Shown here: piece after piece, positions 26,171 to 38,739 of the stretch
Layout of the letters: each line of letters begins with the position of its first letter
Position numbering within the stretch: position 1 is the first letter of the stretch
DNA from: Carcharhinus amblyrhynchos
Lineage: Eukaryota
NCBI GenBank assembly: GCA_965287045.1
Contig: OZ336872.1
Location: 81,964,001 to 82,028,000 of the forward strand
Direction of reading: 5' to 3'
Length of the DNA stretch: 64,000 bases
Program-made: the position numbers and the translations under genes
Notes under the pieces: model-generated
Databases searched by the model: none
Told to the model about the DNA's origin: nothing
What the model saw: the letters and a program-made list of their open reading frames with translations, nothing else

Positions 26171-26393
26171 GACTAAAATTTTCCGGTCATTCTTGCCAGT
26201 GGGATTTTCCAGTCCCACCAATGACACCCCGCTGCAGGTTCCCCGGTGACAGACGGTGAGCAATGGGACACTTCACTGACAGCAGCAGGGTCAGAAGATT
26301 CTGCTGCCGGCCAATAGCTGGCCACTTCTACCACCCCAAAACATGCCATGGGGCTGGGGCTGGGGCTAGGGGAGACAGATAGAAATCCCATCC
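26171..26393. mobile_element. MITE with AAC target-site duplication, inside a Penelope-like end
   Basis: aac|GACTAAAATTTTCC...AGAAATCCCATCC|aac. Confidence 0.65.
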
Positions 26394-26907
26394 AACACTT
26401 CAGATCGATGGCCTATTCCTCTTCTGTTCTAATGGGAGAGTCTTTGAGCCAGTGGAAAGAGTGAGGAAATAGGGACAAGAAAGGAAATACTCTGTGACAG
26501 GGTGGAGGGGAGGACAGTTTAAATAACAAAATATTCCATAAGATAGCCAAAGAATGGTCATGGATGTAACAAAGGAAAAAAATAGTAAAAGACGTGTAGG
26601 TTGCTATGTAAACACCATCTGAATACAAAATGCAGGAGTAAGGAAAGACAGAAGATGAAAACTGAGCCAGCACAATAAAAGAGAAAAAAAAACACATCTG
26701 AAGAAGGCATCATCAAAAATTGTTGACCTCGATGTTGAGTCCAGTAGGTAAGAGTGCCTTCATGACTACCGCCTCCATCTGAATTGCCACTTTCAGTGAC
26801 CTGTGTACCTGTACACCCAGATCTCTTTGCCTATCAGTACTCTTAAGGGTTCTGCCATTTATTGTATATTTCCTATCTGTAATAGATCTTCCAAAATGCA
26901 TTACCTC

Positions 26908-27132
26908 GTCTGTCTGTGTGGAGTCTGCATGTTCTCCCTGTGTCTGGCGCATTTCCTCCTGGTGCTCTGGTTATCTACCACAGTCTGAAAGACGTGCTGG
27001 TTAGGTGAATTGGCCATGCTAAATTCTCCCTCAGTGTACCCGAACAGGTGCCGGAGTATGGTGACTAGAGGATTTTCACAGTAACTTTATTGCAATGGTA
27101 ATGTAAGCCTACTTGTGACAATAATAAATAAA
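26908..27132 (+). mobile_element. 5'-truncated V-SINE joined to a minus-strand CR1 piece (26760-26905) and a Penelope GIY-YIG remnant (26713-26757)
   Basis: The chimeric ORF 26713..26952 reads SINE / EVMHFGR..RDLGVQVH / LLPTGLNIEVNNF. Confidence 0.8.
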
Positions 27133-27724
27133 CAAACTTGTGTCTTTCCTAACACTTTCATACTACATTCAGATGGTGTTTACATTTAGATCTCATTTAC
27201 ACATAACCTTTGTTTCTTTACTGTATCCATTACCAATCCTTTTCGCTGTTCATCATGAAATGGTCTGTATTTTAACCTACCCTCCATCTTATCACTTCTC
27301 CTTTCTTCCTCCTGCTGCCTCTCCATTTTTGCTGGCTTAAAATCTCCTCTATCAGAATTGAAAAGAAATAGAAATGTGTAGTTATCGACCTGTTTCTGAT
27401 TGCAAATGCTGCTGACCTGCCAAGATTTGCCAGCATTTGCAATATTTTTCTTTTGTGCAATGATGATTTTTTTTCCCAAGCCTGATCTTGGATTGCAATC
27501 AGAGGGGCGAATTCTGGCTGATTTTCTTCTTCCTAACCAACTGCAGCGTTCCCACTATTGCCGCAGCTGAGATAATCTGATTGAGAACAGACTAGGAATC
27601 AAACTGGGTACCTTGTAAATTATTCTTATTCATCCCTGGGATGTGAGTGTCACTGGCATTGTTGTCATCCCTAATTTCCTTTGAGAAGGTATTATTAAGT
27701 TGCCTTCTTAAACTGCTGAAGTTC

Positions 27725-28008
27725 ATCATAGAATCCCTACAGTACAGAAGGAGACCACTCTGCCCATCATATCTGCACCGACGACAATCCCACCCAGGCC
27801 TTATCCCCGTCACCCCCATTTACCCTGCTAATCCCCCGACTAGGGTCAACTTAGCTTGGCTAATCAATCTAACCCACACAGCTTTCTACTGTGGGGGGAA
27901 ACCCATGCAGACATAGGGAGGAAATGAAAACTCCACACTCCTGAGCCTGGAATTGAACCTGGGTCCCTAACACTGTGAGGCAGCAGTGCTAACAACTGTG
28001 CCACCCTG
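27725..28008 (-). mobile_element. HE1-like V-SINE
   Basis: Reverse-complement SINE. Confidence 0.85.
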
Positions 28009-29551
28009 TGTCTAGAATAGGTGTACCCACATTCTGTCAGGAAGAGAGCACCAGGATTTTGACCCAGTGATAGCGAAGGCAGAGGAATACAGAATCTGTA
28101 CTCTTGAGAGATATAATCTATAGGACTGTATTCATGCTCTGTAATGATTCGAACAGGCTCATACTCTAGCTGCCTGTTATCAGATAAGAAACATTCACAA
28201 GTTGCAAAGCTCTCATGATGGATGTTATTCAAACCCATTGATATGTCATAGCATTGTAATGCCATCCTGGTGATTGAATTGCACATTACATATATTTTAC
28301 ATTTATATGTTAAACAAACCAGCAGGAGTTGCATGTAAAAACATTTAACGATGTAGACCAGTGAATCAGTTTGACTCACACTTAAAAACATCATTCACAT
28401 GGAAGATGCAGCTGCACACCTTCACTGGCAACTTTGAATGTGTAAGAATATGTAATTTATAGTCAAAATGTCTTCCAAAAGAGGCTGATTACTACCTTTC
28501 ATATCTGGCACCTATGCAAGGGAACTAATTATCTTCCTCCACATTTAATTCAGTGCATCTCCTATGATGTTAATAATATAAACCATTAAGACACTGAAGT
28601 CTCCTTTTTAGATCCATGCTGCGCCAGCTCCAGACTTTGTTAACTGGACCTGCACTGATCAATAAATGTGCCTCATACCCTGATTGACTGCTTGCTGTGT
28701 CAAATCAATTGTCGTATTAAGATTCGTTGTATTTTTTCCCCCATTAATGAGGTGTTAAGCAACTAATTTTGCGAGTGTGAAAAGGTGCTATGAAACCTCA
28801 ACCAATAGAGTATTTAATTTGTGCCATTCATCTCAGCACAAAGAATGTTTTTTATGTAACCCAAGGAATGAATGTTGCGCCTTCTGAAACATCAAGACCT
28901 TCGATGTAGTAAACAGTAATGAGGATTGATCTCCAATAGTCTGAGATTTGTCACTCTGAATTTTAAGAAGTGAAACTCATTTCCAAAATAGAGATTGTGC
29001 TCAAAGTGAGACATAATTGCAAGTGACAGTAATTATTCATGGACTGACAAAAGAAAAACCTTCAATTTTTTTCTCCATAAACCAAAGTGTGGAATCGCCC
29101 TTTAAAGACTGAAGTCCAATGCAATTTTGAACACAGACATATGACCGAGGCTCTGCAACAAAAACAGCTTCAACGAAATACTTTGAAGTACAATTGAGTG
29201 GGGATGACTGCAAATTCAGACTGACAACAATCATGCACTTGGCTCCTTTGAGAAGGTCAGATTGGGATATGAAGGTTGATGTGGAAATTTGGAGACTGAG
29301 ACACTTTTCCCAGTTGGCACATAGCAAGAAATGAAGATTCGAGGTTTATCAGGGTGAGAAGGTGCTTATTCCCTGTGTTCTTAAAATTTATGGATACAGA
29401 ACCAAACAAACAATAATTGAATAGATAAGCAAATAAAAGCAAAATACTGTGGGATGCTGGAAATCTGAAATAAAAACAAAGTTTCTCTCCCCAGATGCTG
29501 CCAGTCCTTCTGAGTTTATCCATCATTTTCTGTATTTACATTGAATATATA

Positions 29552-32500
29552 GGGTTGACCTTCACCTTTACTGTCTGAGTGATAAGCGTTGGTTGGAGGA
29601 AGGGAGAGGAGTGGAACAAGCCCCTAAAATAGAAAAAACAAGTCTGTAAAAGGTGCAGCCTCCTTCCCACACAAGAGGGAATAGGGAACCCGACATTTGG
29701 GCCAGTTTCGGGCTGTCACTTGTGCCATATCCCTGGCAGAACTACCTCAATTTCTCAAGCACCAGCCAATTAATGGCCAAGGACTGGGCTTGCTATTCCA
29801 TCAGGAATGGTAGGGGAGTTCCCGAGGATGAAGGGCCAGTGGGAGGCCCTCCAGCAATGATATTTCAGCAGCTCCACCTGCCAAGGTGAGAGCAGTCATG
29901 TGATGGAGAAAGAGAGAGAAAGAAAGAGGGTGCTTCAACATAAATACACTCTCTGGTGAAAAGTTCAGTATTTTAAAAAATAAATGGCCCTTCTATTTCA
30001 CTTCAAACTTCCCAGTCATCCCACAAATTATTTTGATTTACAAGCTGTAGTTGATGCCAGTACAAAGTTCTTGGTTTCCCCCACTTCCCTCACTGGTCCT
30101 TGTCTTTTTTTCCCTTTTCAGATACAGAGGAACTGCAACTTAGTCAGGCAGTGGGGGAACAGTAATGTAGGAAGACAGCGATGAAGGAAGAAAGACTGCC
30201 AATCGCTCTCATCCTCAGAGCCGCTAGCCCAGTTACTGACACTGCGCAAACTTTAGGGCAGAGCTGAGATATAGCATCTGGGCACCAACGTACTGCAGCT
30301 AGCGAAGGGAACAAGAGTGATGCAGGTGCCAGCTTGCAAGCGGCTTGATAGGAGCAATACAATGGGGCAGTGTACAGAGGAGGGCTGGTGGGCATGCGTA
30401 AGGAAATGCTCAATGCATCAGCGGCAAGAGCATGGAGGTTGGGCACCAACTTAGCATCAGACTGCACAGAGCTTGGAATCCATCCCTTCCAGTGTGCAAG
30501 TGGAGGCAAACTTCAGAAGCATACTTATGGATCTGATTAGGATGTAGGGGCCATTCTCCCAGCCCACTGTGCTGCAGGCTGGGAGACGTAAGCGGAGGCC
30601 ATCTAGTGGGTTTCCGCTCAGCACAACCGTCACCGACATCCGGACTTCCAGTGTCATCAGCTCCGCGCCAGACATCGACATGGAGCTGATTTGAATATTT
30701 AAATTCTAATTGTAATGCTATTAGTGGGCCTGGCACTGAAGTCTGCGGGCCTGCTTGCAAAGATACACAATGGCCAAACATCAAGGGAATGAACAAAGGT
30801 GATTAGCTGACCTTTGTATTCTGTATGGCATGCTCTAATTTATAAATTTGTTTTGGAATGCTTCATTCTGTGGCGGCGTTTATTACAGCATTATGACCAA
30901 AAGAATGCTGTAATTGTCAGTCATGGATGGTTGGTAAGCTATCAGTGAGTGGGAATTGGGCTTGCATTTACTGGTATCGCACTTGGACGTATTGATCATG
31001 GACAGTCTGGACAAAAAGGGACATGTTGTTTGCCTGCTCCCTTCCTCAATGACAAGGGCAGTGCCCTCATGATGCGGTTATACAGCACGTAGCAGACCAT
31101 CACAAATCTTTACACACATTCACTGACTACAGCAGGGCTTCTCCAGAGTTGTCCAGACAACAGAAGTGTACCTTCAGCACACCTTTATTGCTCTCGTCAA
31201 TGCACATGATTGTGTGTGTCATTAACTATGTTACCCATTTAGCGCTCTCTGATTCACTTTGTGGCTCAAATGAAGATGAGATAGTGGACTGCCGTAGATG
31301 AGGGCATGATGACAGGTGCCAGATTACTGGGCATTTACTTGTCAGTGATCGCTGCCTGTGGCCATACATAGCAAAGGTGGTGCAGGAGTGAAATCTCCTT
31401 CTCGCCCAAGTACCTTCAGAGTTGACATGCAGCACCCACAGTGCAATGTGCATATAGTTAATGGCACCCGGCATCATTAGATAAGGTTGCAAAAAGCCAT
31501 TTCTCACTCTCCATACTCCTCTCGGGCAGGAGGAAAGGAAAAGTATTTTTCTTTCTTGCAATAAAGGGCCTCAGTACCTTCATTATGCAGAGGTGAAAAC
31601 AAACTCAGAAATGTTGCTAATAAAGTCTTCCCCAGCTTAAAATGAGCCAAATGCATAAAAGCTCATTGCCACTGTCACATCCAATGGTAATACAGCCTTC
31701 CTCCTGTCCTGAAAAAGTAGTGACTGCAGTAGGTGCAGATTTCAGTGTGGAGGTTTGTAATAAATCACAGACATCTGGGACACTGGCCTGAATTCTACAA
31801 GCCCAAGGCTCGTAAGATTGTGCCTGAGGCCAATGGAGAATGCCGTTCAGCGAGCCTCGCCCACACAAATTTCGGGGTGGGCACGCTGGTAAAATCAGGG
31901 TCGCTGTCCTTGCTGAAGTTCTGATAGTGGAATTGCTCCTAGGAACATCCTGCGTGGATATGGTCTGCTTCAAGAGTCTTCTGCCCCTCCCCTCCCGAGC
32001 AGCCTGTCCTCCTCACTATCACCTCTGCTCATTCTTCCTGTCATGCTGTAGGCACCAGCAAATGCTGCACCATGTCTGAGAATATGTGTAAGCCACAAGT
32101 AATCAGGGCAAAATCCTTCAGTACCTGACACCACATCCTGTAAATTTTAGCAATTTTCAACAAATCTGCAGACTGCACAACATTCTACAATCTCAGAAAG
32201 AACCTGTAGAAATCAATCAGCAACTTTTCCGGAGGTTGTTGATGATCCTGTTAAAAACACTGGCGAGGATCCTTCCTGTTGCTGAAAGCATGCTCAGCTG
32301 GACGCATTTCAGAGATGGCATTAGAGGATGTATTGATGCCCAAAATGACAACATTGGCATTAAATCAACATTTTACACTGGCTAAAGTCAAGACCTTCCT
32401 ATTCTGCACACTTCTGGTCAACACTGCCTGGATACCAGCATCTTCACAAATAATGCCATCCAGCACAGCCAGCACTGCGGATGCCACATTAGAGCAAATT

Positions 32501-33228
32501 GGCACTCGTTTCTCTGAAAAACTGGGGGATTTTGTCCATATCTTTGAAAGCTTTGCCAGTCTGCAGTCATTTTGAGTCCTGATCTATTATCAGACAAAAA
32601 GATTCATCTCTGCTGTCTGATTTGGAATCAGCTGAAGGACAGTGTTTGAACACATTAACCAACCATGCTTGCTCCCCTTCCCAGATACTTATTACTTCAC
32701 TGAAAATCAAGTCATGCACCTACAGGCAAATGTGTCATACCTCACTTCTTGAGAAATGGGGGTGGAGGGAGAGAATAGCATTGAATGGACAATATTCCCT
32801 CCAGGAACCTGCCCTAACCCAGATGGAAATTTCATGTTTGGGTGAGCAGGGCCTCAGGTTGGAAACCTGCTCTTTCGCCAATTAAGATACTTAAATGGCC
32901 ATTCAAGGGCAGATGGAAGTTTTGCCCACTGCCAATCAATGTTCAAGTGGGTGGTAAATGGCAGTGGACCGCCAAGAGTTAGGAGTAGTGTATTACATGT
33001 AGGATGTCGATTGCCGATCGCTTGTCATCTGTCAAATCCTACCCGTGAGGGAGAAGTGGATGAATTTCCATTCATAGGTGAAAGGACTCATCCTAACTCA
33101 ACTGACGCATTTCTCAGAGCACGATCTTACTGGTCATTCATGACATGCTCCCACTGCAGCAAATTCAGAATATCTGGTGCCCAGCCAAATCTCCATTCAC
33201 TGCAGTGGGATGGGAAAATTCCGCTCGC
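29552..33228. mobile_element. Relic of a formerly autonomous Harbinger DNA transposon (approximate extent, with a nested MITE piece near 30545-30760)
   Basis: Contains the transposase relic. The right end GGGAAAATTCCGCTC resembles the MITE TIRs. Degenerate plus-strand coding-like sequence at 30120-30530 follows a pyrimidine-rich acceptor. Confidence 0.55.
31060..31900 (-). pseudogene. Decayed PIF/Harbinger (HARBI1-like) DDE transposase
   Basis: Ordered motifs across frames with stops and frameshifts: VTVAMSFYAFGSF* (cf. ALNFYASGSFQ), GAINYMHIAL (cf. GAIDCTHIAI), RRRFHS (cf. NRKGFHS), GHRQR, LRQSTI, GVLKVHFCCLDNSGEAL (cf. LKQRFRCLDRSGGAL). Confidence 0.85.
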
Positions 33229-34177
33229 ATGAACACCCACAATATCCCGGTCTCAGAGTTCTCAAGTAAGTAACTGGAAAGGAGTTAGCTGCTATTTTAA
33301 TTACTGATTGATATGTTCAACACACAGGTAGGTGAATGTCTTTGCTGTATCACTGGAAAAGAGAACAGAAACAATGTATTTTTATTCATTTTTCTCAAGG
33401 CATGAGGTGTAAACTGTCAAGCAAATGGGCTTTTTCTCTGCAAAGTTGTACAGCAGCAGGGCCTCAGAATGAAATGGAAATTGCAGAAGCATTGCAGTAA
33501 AAAACAGCTAGAATGGAAAATGTTAATGAAATCGCAGGCAGATTGCTAGTGTTATTAATGTTCCCTATGTATATTACCAGAAAGAACATCAATGCAGTTA
33601 CTGAGGGGAAAAAAGCCCTATTGGAAAAAATCCTAACCTTTCAAGAGTTTTCCATTGGTATTCCTTTTAAATGAATAGGACAAGGTGTATTTAGTTTGCA
33701 AATGGAATGTTTGCTGACCTGCATCAAATCTGACTAAGTGAAGGGTTAAACTAAATTCTACAGCACACGCTTCATTCAGTGTAGCCATGCAGGGTACTGC
33801 AATAAAGATAGGGCTGTCTGAACCAAAGGCACATGTTATTACTAAGTTTGCTGATGGAACATGACTACTGGATTTAATTTACATGCAAAGTGAAAGAGAA
33901 AATGGCATCTGTAAAGTAACTGATTATCATAGGTATTAGACTTAAATAATGAGCACGCCCCCGCCCCCATGAAGGTCCACATCAAATGCCTCGGTGGCTC
34001 CGACTCAGTAACTTTACATTTTCAATTCAGGAGTGGAGGTTTCTAGCTGAACTGCAAGGCAAACCAGATTGCAGGTGAAGCAAAGCTATGGGAACCTTTT
34101 ACCAAACTGCATGCAACACAAGTCAAGGTGTGCAATCTGGCTATAGCAAGAAACAGTCTTGGAAGAAACATCACCAT

Positions 34178-34825
34178 GGACAGAATTTTATGCTCCCCCA
34201 AGGCGGGAGGAAGGGAGAGTGGAATTGAATGCGTGGGATTCCCCCTGACGAGAAAAACCCAGACAAAACTGCATGCTTGGGTGGGCTGGGCCTCAAGCAG
34301 GAGACCTGCCCATTTACTTCTAAGTGGCCATTTAAGGGCCGCTTAGGCACCTTATCCCATCCAGCCTCAATTTTTAGGTGGGAGCTGGAGCAGGTGAAAA
34401 TGCCTCACACTCAGGAGGCCCCCTCAGAGTTGGAATGCCCTCCCCCAGGATGTGGCTTGGCAGCTCTGCGTGCCCCTCTCCCTCAGACCTACTCTACAAT
34501 GCCACATTTTGTCCCTTCCTGAACCCTCCAGGTGTCCCCTACCCTCATGCCCTGGGACCTCCAGGTCTCAGGACACAGTCCCTGTCACAGTATAGCGGTA
34601 TGCTCCCGGCATAGCAGAGCTGTGCCTGGCTGGGTTGAAAAGCTATCAACCAATTTGACGGGTGGGACTTCCTTCCAAGAGCAGATGGAAATCCTCCCCA
34701 CTGCCAATGAACACTTAACTGAATGCTGAATGGCTGTCCGAGTGTGAGAGTCGCCAGCTGCGCATTGGGCACCAACTCTCAGGATGGCGAGGGCCAAACA
34801 CTCACAGTCCCCAGAATTCTACCCC
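34178..34825. mobile_element. ~650 bp GC-rich TIR element
   Basis: GGACAGAATTTT...CAGAATTCTACCCC. Confidence 0.65.
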
Positions 34826-35597
34826 TTGAAAACATGCCAAGTAGACATCAAATCACAAAGTATCTAAAATTTAGAAGGTTATTGGGTTAGGTTCCTGCAC
34901 TTTATGTTGCTGACACTCAGTGTATCAGCAGACAAAGATTGAATGATGGAGGTAACTACATATTAAATAGGAAATTATGCACCATACCAGGATGCTTTTG
35001 GTACTTCCTTCCAAGAAATTGAATGGATGGAATTTCATGTTAGGGTACATATGTTACAGGTGAATTGTGGAAAGAATGTATTTAATTGTTAAATCACTAT
35101 TTCATTTTCAATGCATTTTAACATCTTTTACATCCGGATATATTCTCTGACCCACCAAAAACATGCATTAGCATCTACCAATAGGGCTCTGTTTTAGCCC
35201 TGACAACTTTAGAGCTTAGTAGCTTTAATGGTGAACATCCTTCAATTCAGAGCGATTTGTATAACATCATTCATTATTCTGAACTATGGAGTTATAATTA
35301 TCTCCATTTCACCTTGTTCTCATTTTTTCCCATTACCAATTTAACCTGTGATGGACTCCCACTCATTTATTCACTTAAGATAAAGCTTGATGTAACTGCT
35401 TTGTGATACCCAAACCAACATGTACAGTTTCAATCCACAAACAATCCATCCACTCCAGGAATAATGGTACTCAGATGAGTGTGAGTACAGATTAGCAGGT
35501 TATTCCATCAGGAGGACATTACTGTCTGTTAAATTTATACTTCAGAAGGACTCGACAGAGGAACATAGAGAATCAGCAAGAAATTAATTTTGTTTAC

Positions 35598-35706
35598 CTT
35601 CCGCTAACGACAAAGCAGGTCACGAGAAAGATCAGGAGAACAATTCCCCCAGCAACAGACACTGCCATGATGGTGGGTTGGTTTGGATCGCCAATGGCTA
35701 GCATGT
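35598..35706 (-). CDS. EphA receptor transmembrane exon (exon 8 equivalent)
   Basis: DMLAIGDPNQPTIMAVSVAGGIVLLIFLVTCFVVSG(R): a hydrophobic helix similar to the EphA4/A5 TM. Acceptor ctttctttcttag|AC, donor GGAAG|gtaaac, 109 nt, phase 1-2, in frame with the previous exon. Confidence 0.95.
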
Positions 35707-37155
35707 CTAAGAAAGAAAGGAAAGCAGTTGCTAGATTGTACAGTGTGTTCTCTGAAGTGGAAATTACAGACACAACTACATAATATTGCAGACTAATGTT
35801 GGTCTCCCAATGACTTATTACTTGGTGCGTTGGGATGCTGTGATTGGGTGACAGTAGTGTGTTTCTATTGACTAGATGAAGACAACCTGAACTGTTCCAC
35901 AAGTTCCAATAGTGCAAGAAAATCTCCAAACATTTCTCTGATGTTAACATCTCCATGATTCCCCTAATTGGTCTCTCTCTCTCTTGAAACACTCACAACC
36001 CTCTGGTCCCTGGTCTAATTGTGCTGGGGTAGCCTGCAAGCTCTGATAAGTTGATCTACTGATTGATGTCCAAGCATCCACATTACTTATGATGGACCTC
36101 CCAGATGGTAAATGGGATTTCGTAACTTTGAAATCTCTGAAAAAGGTGCTTATTGTGTACAGAAGGACATTTCCTCTTCCCAAATAACTTGATTCCTTCG
36201 AAGAAAAGTCATACTTAGACTTGGACCTCAAGAAGATTTCCATTAGGCCAATCACGTTCAGTAGTGATTTCTTCTTTGGCATTTAAGGACATTTAGGTTT
36301 CTTTAGTTGAACACGGCAATATGTACACAGATGTATTAGTTTTTTTTTACAAGTCATTGGTCATTTTGTGAAAGACCTTTACACTTATAGCCTGTGATTA
36401 CTCCTATAGCAATCAAATTGAAGGTGGTTTTCGCCAAAAAGAAGTGGCCAGTGAAAGCTTTAAAGATGACTCCAGATTTATTGAATACCATTGAACCTCA
36501 TTCTTTTTAATAGCTATGCTGTCTTGTAGTTCTATGATAAAAAACATCCAGCCTTTGAGTGAGTGCTGTTTACACTACCCAAACAAGTAATAGTTCCCTC
36601 TAGCTGAAAATAAAAAGGCAATAATCCACTCCAGTGAATAATCCCTTTACTAGCACCAGTCATGCAGTGTCACAGAACATTTGAACATGGTTTCTACTCT
36701 CATAATTCAAACTCTCAGGATGTCCATTCCAGGGCAGTGAGTCTAAAACACTTTCCCTCTCAGCTATTACAAACATATTTTTACGACTGCTTATATTATG
36801 CATTACCTGCCTTTAAACTCATTGAAGAGTACTCCTGGTGACAAATCTCAAAAGGCCAGTCACATTAAACAGTTTAAGGTGATATAATATGGTAGTGCAC
36901 TTTAGTACAGCTGTTAAGTCCTCTGTGCATTTAAATCCAGGGATATGTATCAATCTGTAATATTGTCATATTCACCTTTGCCCATCAAACTACTAATTCT
37001 TGCTTCTGCCCAAAATGTGTTCATATAGGGTCTTTGAGGGTGCTCCACAATCAAATACTGTGGGCTGCCACTGACTGCAAATAGTGGCAAGGTTGTACTA
37101 TGATCTTCACAGTTCTCCATTCAGAAGGCTTGCTCTGGGATTTTTTTGTGCTTAC

Positions 37156-37318
37156 CTTCTTGACTGGTCTCCAGCTCAATTTCACCACCATAGGTCCCGT
37201 GCCCTCCGCTGGTGCGAGCTCTGACCCGAAACACATATGTTGTACCCGGTTTTAGTCCGTCAACTGTCATGCTATTAGATTTGGTTTTTAAAACGGTGTA
37301 GTTTTGGTCCTTTTGATT
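37156..37318 (-). CDS. EphA receptor exon, C-terminal half of second FN3 domain (exon 7 equivalent)
   Basis: Not given in this frame in the ORF track. Manual translation NQKDQNYTVLKTKSNSMTVDGLKPGTTYVFRVRARTSGGHGTYGGEIELETSQE carries the Eph GLKP..YVF.VRART motif. Acceptor caatag|AAT, donor GAAG|gtaagc, 163 nt, phase 0-1. Confidence 0.96.
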
Positions 37319-37469
37319 CTATTGCAATAAACACAAAGTGTGATTATAATTATTTATAGTAACTGAACTCATTTTGCATCAAGTGTTGGTAGATTATTAA
37401 TTAATGGGGGACACATTGTAGAAATTAGGGAATACAATCCCAGATGGCCTTCCCTTCATCATAAGGTCA

Positions 37470-37750
37470 AAAATGGGGGTGTCTGCTGATGACTGTATAA
37501 TGTTCAGCACTATTCCTGACACCTCAGATATTGAAGGGTCTGTCCATGTACATCAAGGCCTGGACAACATTCAGACTTGGACTGATAAGTGTTAAGTAAC
37601 ATTCTAACATGCAAGTGTCAGGCAATGACCATTTCCAACAAGAGGACATCCAACGATCGCTCCTTTTTATTCAAAGGCATTGCCGTTGCTGAAACCCCTT
37701 CTGTCAACATCTTGGGAGTTATCATTGACCAAAAACTGAACTGCATCAAC
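37470..37750 (+). mobile_element. CR1/L2-type LINE RT fragment
   Basis: tctgctgatgactgt (~ADDC), KCQAMTISNKR, NILGVIIDQKLN. Confidence 0.75.
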
Positions 37751-37759
37751 CCTTGGTGC

Positions 37760-38310
37760 AGGGTGATCTTGAGCCCATGCTCGCTGTTTGTGGGAATGGC
37801 AGCAGGAGCTCAAGATCCGGCAAAACCTGAAGTCACGAATCTCATCGGTGATTTTTGCTGCCCCTCTCTGGTGACATAATCAGGTGGGCGTAAATCTGAT
37901 TTAAATACATTTCAAAACATTGACATATTGTTCAAGGCCCCATTCCCGAATATTGATTCCGAGGCATATTTTCAAAACTCGCCTACTTGAGGTTCACCCA
38001 GACATCAGCCTGTCATGGGGATCCCTACCCCAGGGGCGTAAAGATGATATAGCCCTGGGGGAGAGGGACATGGCTGGGCAATGCACTGGCAAAGCTCCCT
38101 GGCACTGCTCCTTGGCACAGATTGGCACTGCCAGGATGGCACCCAGTGATCTCAATACAACTGGGCTTTGCTGGCATGTTGCGGCCTTGCCCCTCTCCAT
38201 GATGGCATGAAACACGCCACGTGTTTTTTTTGTGACAGAGTATAGTAAGATCTGGAGGAAAATCCGGCATACACCATTTTCTCACTGGAACCAACTCTCA
38301 AGACATTTTT
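37760..38310. mobile_element. GC-rich TIR element related to 10106-11073
   Basis: Shared left end atcttgagcccatg...gctcaagatc. Confidence 0.6.
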
Positions 38311-38499
38311 TTGGTAAAATGTCACCCTGTGGCTAGGTCTCAGTCTTGGAATTCTGTGCAGGATAACTCTATGAAGCCTGTCCAACCATCAATAATGCAC
38401 AAGTCAGGACTGCTCCATCACACTCAGTTGCTTTCAGGAGGTAACTTCAAAAAATGGTTACTTATTAATCAGAAGCTCCGCATATATTTTAGTACTGAC

Positions 38500-38612
38500 C
38501 TTTTCATAGTAAATAACCTCGTACTCCACAATAACTCCATTAGCATGATCTGGTCCCTGCCAAGCCAAGGTAATGCTATCCTTACTCTTTCTCTCTTTCA
38601 GAATCACATTCA
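38500..38612 (-). CDS. EphA receptor exon, N-terminal half of second FN3 domain (exon 6 equivalent)
   Basis: VNVILKERKSKDSITLAWQGPDHANGVIVEYEVIYYEK resembles EphA ...[23 protein letters not shown]. Donor GAAAAG|gtcagt. The nearby in-frame acceptor ttcaag|TG gives 113 nt, phase 1-0; the 5' boundary is less certain. Confidence 0.9.
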
Positions 38613-38739
38613 CTTGAATATAGACAAAACAGAATAAAAACATGTTGTTAGTAAAGCAATGCACTTTCATGGAAACCACAGCATTAAGTAACATATTGGC
38701 AAAACACCGATATTGGGTATTATTATACCAAATATAAAG

